Of a DNA stretch of 64,000 nt, positions 63,701 through 64,000 are shown in pieces. The position numbers and the translations under genes were made by a program. Under the pieces are notes generated by a model, which saw nothing but the letters and a program-made list of their open reading frames with translations, was not told the origin of the DNA and ran no database searches. Within the stretch, counting starts at the first letter, position 1. Each line of letters opens with the position of its first letter. Source of the DNA: Erysipelotrichaceae bacterium (GTDB taxonomy: Bacteria > Bacillota_I > Bacilli_A > Erysipelotrichales > Erysipelotrichaceae); the NCBI GenBank assembly GCA_022799495.1, contig JAAWON010000001.1, forward strand, positions 39,684-103,683, given 5' to 3'.

Positions 63701-64000
63701 ACTCAGGATCCTCCTGCATATCATCAGGATCATACAAAAAGGGCAGATCAAAGGGCTCTAACTGATTGAGTTTCATCATCAAAGCACCGATATGGGCACA
63801 ACTATGGCTGATACAATACGGACAGTCACAAGTGAAAGAAAGCACTTTGCCATGTGCGTTGTATTGGATGCGGCAATAATTATCATAGCCTCCTGTCATA
63901 ACGACTGCACAGGCAGTAAAATTAGAATCCGCTTCACTTTTCGTTACCGTTATATACCTAAGCGCATGATTCATCATATAATAATGCGCCAAATGCTCAT
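60750..64000 (-). CDS. second SWIM / SNF2-family helicase (5' end probably beyond the window)
   Basis: CDC...SCAH SWIM; LADDMGLGKS, DEAQ, SGTPIEN, QATDRAYRIGQ; frame stays open to the window edge. Confidence 0.93.
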   Translation of the reverse strand, partial: EHLAHYYMMNHALRYITVTKSEADSNFTACAVVMTGGYDNYCRIQYNAHGKVLSFTCDCPYCISHSCAHIGALMMKLNQLEPFDLPFLYDPDDMQEDPEFRQWLADMESLRIAKERQMQRAHLERQRMEEEMRRRITASHIARTADLIRNEREQLLRSVCVDQSGSIQLTLVIQGHEHYGYETGLYFRLKLGRKRKYFVKNIHQLLTAVKENQSIRYGKELEFVHHMDAFDADSQNILHFLFRLWKDSVQNWNKGLILIRKRDLRYLYELCEQLPKEYCYIDCEEQSLCMQIKLHEEETLLRIELCNYPHLSIGYLDESGLYQAHDSGVIRYRFDELGSACRLLQHFIAAKGELLVGKEYLPQFGKYIWQPLRDYIQCDDELPQSMQEESLQLALYGDMDDEGVLSLRLEGKGEEKTIYGFCEQNQEKPLSMELVEQYIYGFATEVDMSQHIAYLRGDDDSVYSFLQDGLSFLQTYCDIYISDAILHLRKQRPLRISLGVRISKQLLELAFDSNEIPQEELFALLRSYRRKQKYHRLNNGQLISLDAPQLRELDHLTNMLQILPKQIQAGTVQVPLYRSMSLAALPEQEAGIQISRSAACKKLQERIQCKESEAFTLPAPYGSILRDYQIAGYQWLKLMNHYQFGAILADDMGLGKSVQVIALLESEKAHGLSIIVVPASLIYNWQDEINKFTKELRALCIVGKASQRAKLISQCAGYDVLITSYDYLRRDISQYKSMHFHYAILDEAQFIKNQKSKNAHCVKELKATHRLALSGTPIENSLAELWSVFDFLMPGYLYSYAYFLREYEKPIVKDQDEAATQRLKQLVEPFMLRRRKQEVLKELPQKIEQTLMIPFREEEERLYLANQMQAYTQLQTQFETNEMNQIQVLALLTRLRQLCCEPRLVYENVDRTSSKLEACVELCLSLKEANQRILLFSAFTSMLELIEEELRRVHLRCLKLTGQSNKNERRTMVEQFQQGKADVFLISLKAGGTGLNLTAAQAVIHYDPWWNLSAQNQATDRAYRIGQNQNVQVFSLIMKNSIEERIQKLQARKQELADNFVAQNDGSIKSMRMDQIMALFQN

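Overview
A 64-kb, mostly core-chromosome window from a spore-forming low-GC Firmicute; Erysipelotrichaceae-like is inferred from gene content and protein style. Left to right: a stand-alone PocR sensor, an ilvA-ilvB-ilvN-ilvC-ilvD operon with an Ile/Leu/Val-rich leader peptide attenuator, a cluster of two FMN-binding lipoproteins with NusG-II (EetA-like), Gx-transporter (EetB-like) and TSCPD genes, argD, a guanine-riboswitch-controlled ABC transporter with adenine deaminase and an amidohydrolase, glpK, an antitoxin-less mazF coupled to ydcC, a HisJ-type PHP phosphatase, nadE, asnA, an ABC importer divergent from a wHTH-LicC/PntC fusion, an atypical rnfCDGEA-(53-aa Cys-rich ORF)-rnfB operon divergent from apbE, ZTP-riboswitch pflB-pflA, two SWIM-SNF2 helicases, tRNA-Trp with a ~1.5-kb att-flanked islet, T-box thrS, fmt with a structured leader, and rpsT/gpr/spoIIP. 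The best candidate for an undescribed system is a quinone-independent flavin electron-transfer network: an Rnf with truncated RnfB, an extra FMN domain on RnfD and an unannotated Cys-rich mini-subunit, together with ApbE and the PplA/EetA/EetB-like cluster. No CRISPR array, rRNA or intact mobile element was seen. All calls come from motif recognition by eye; no database searches were run.
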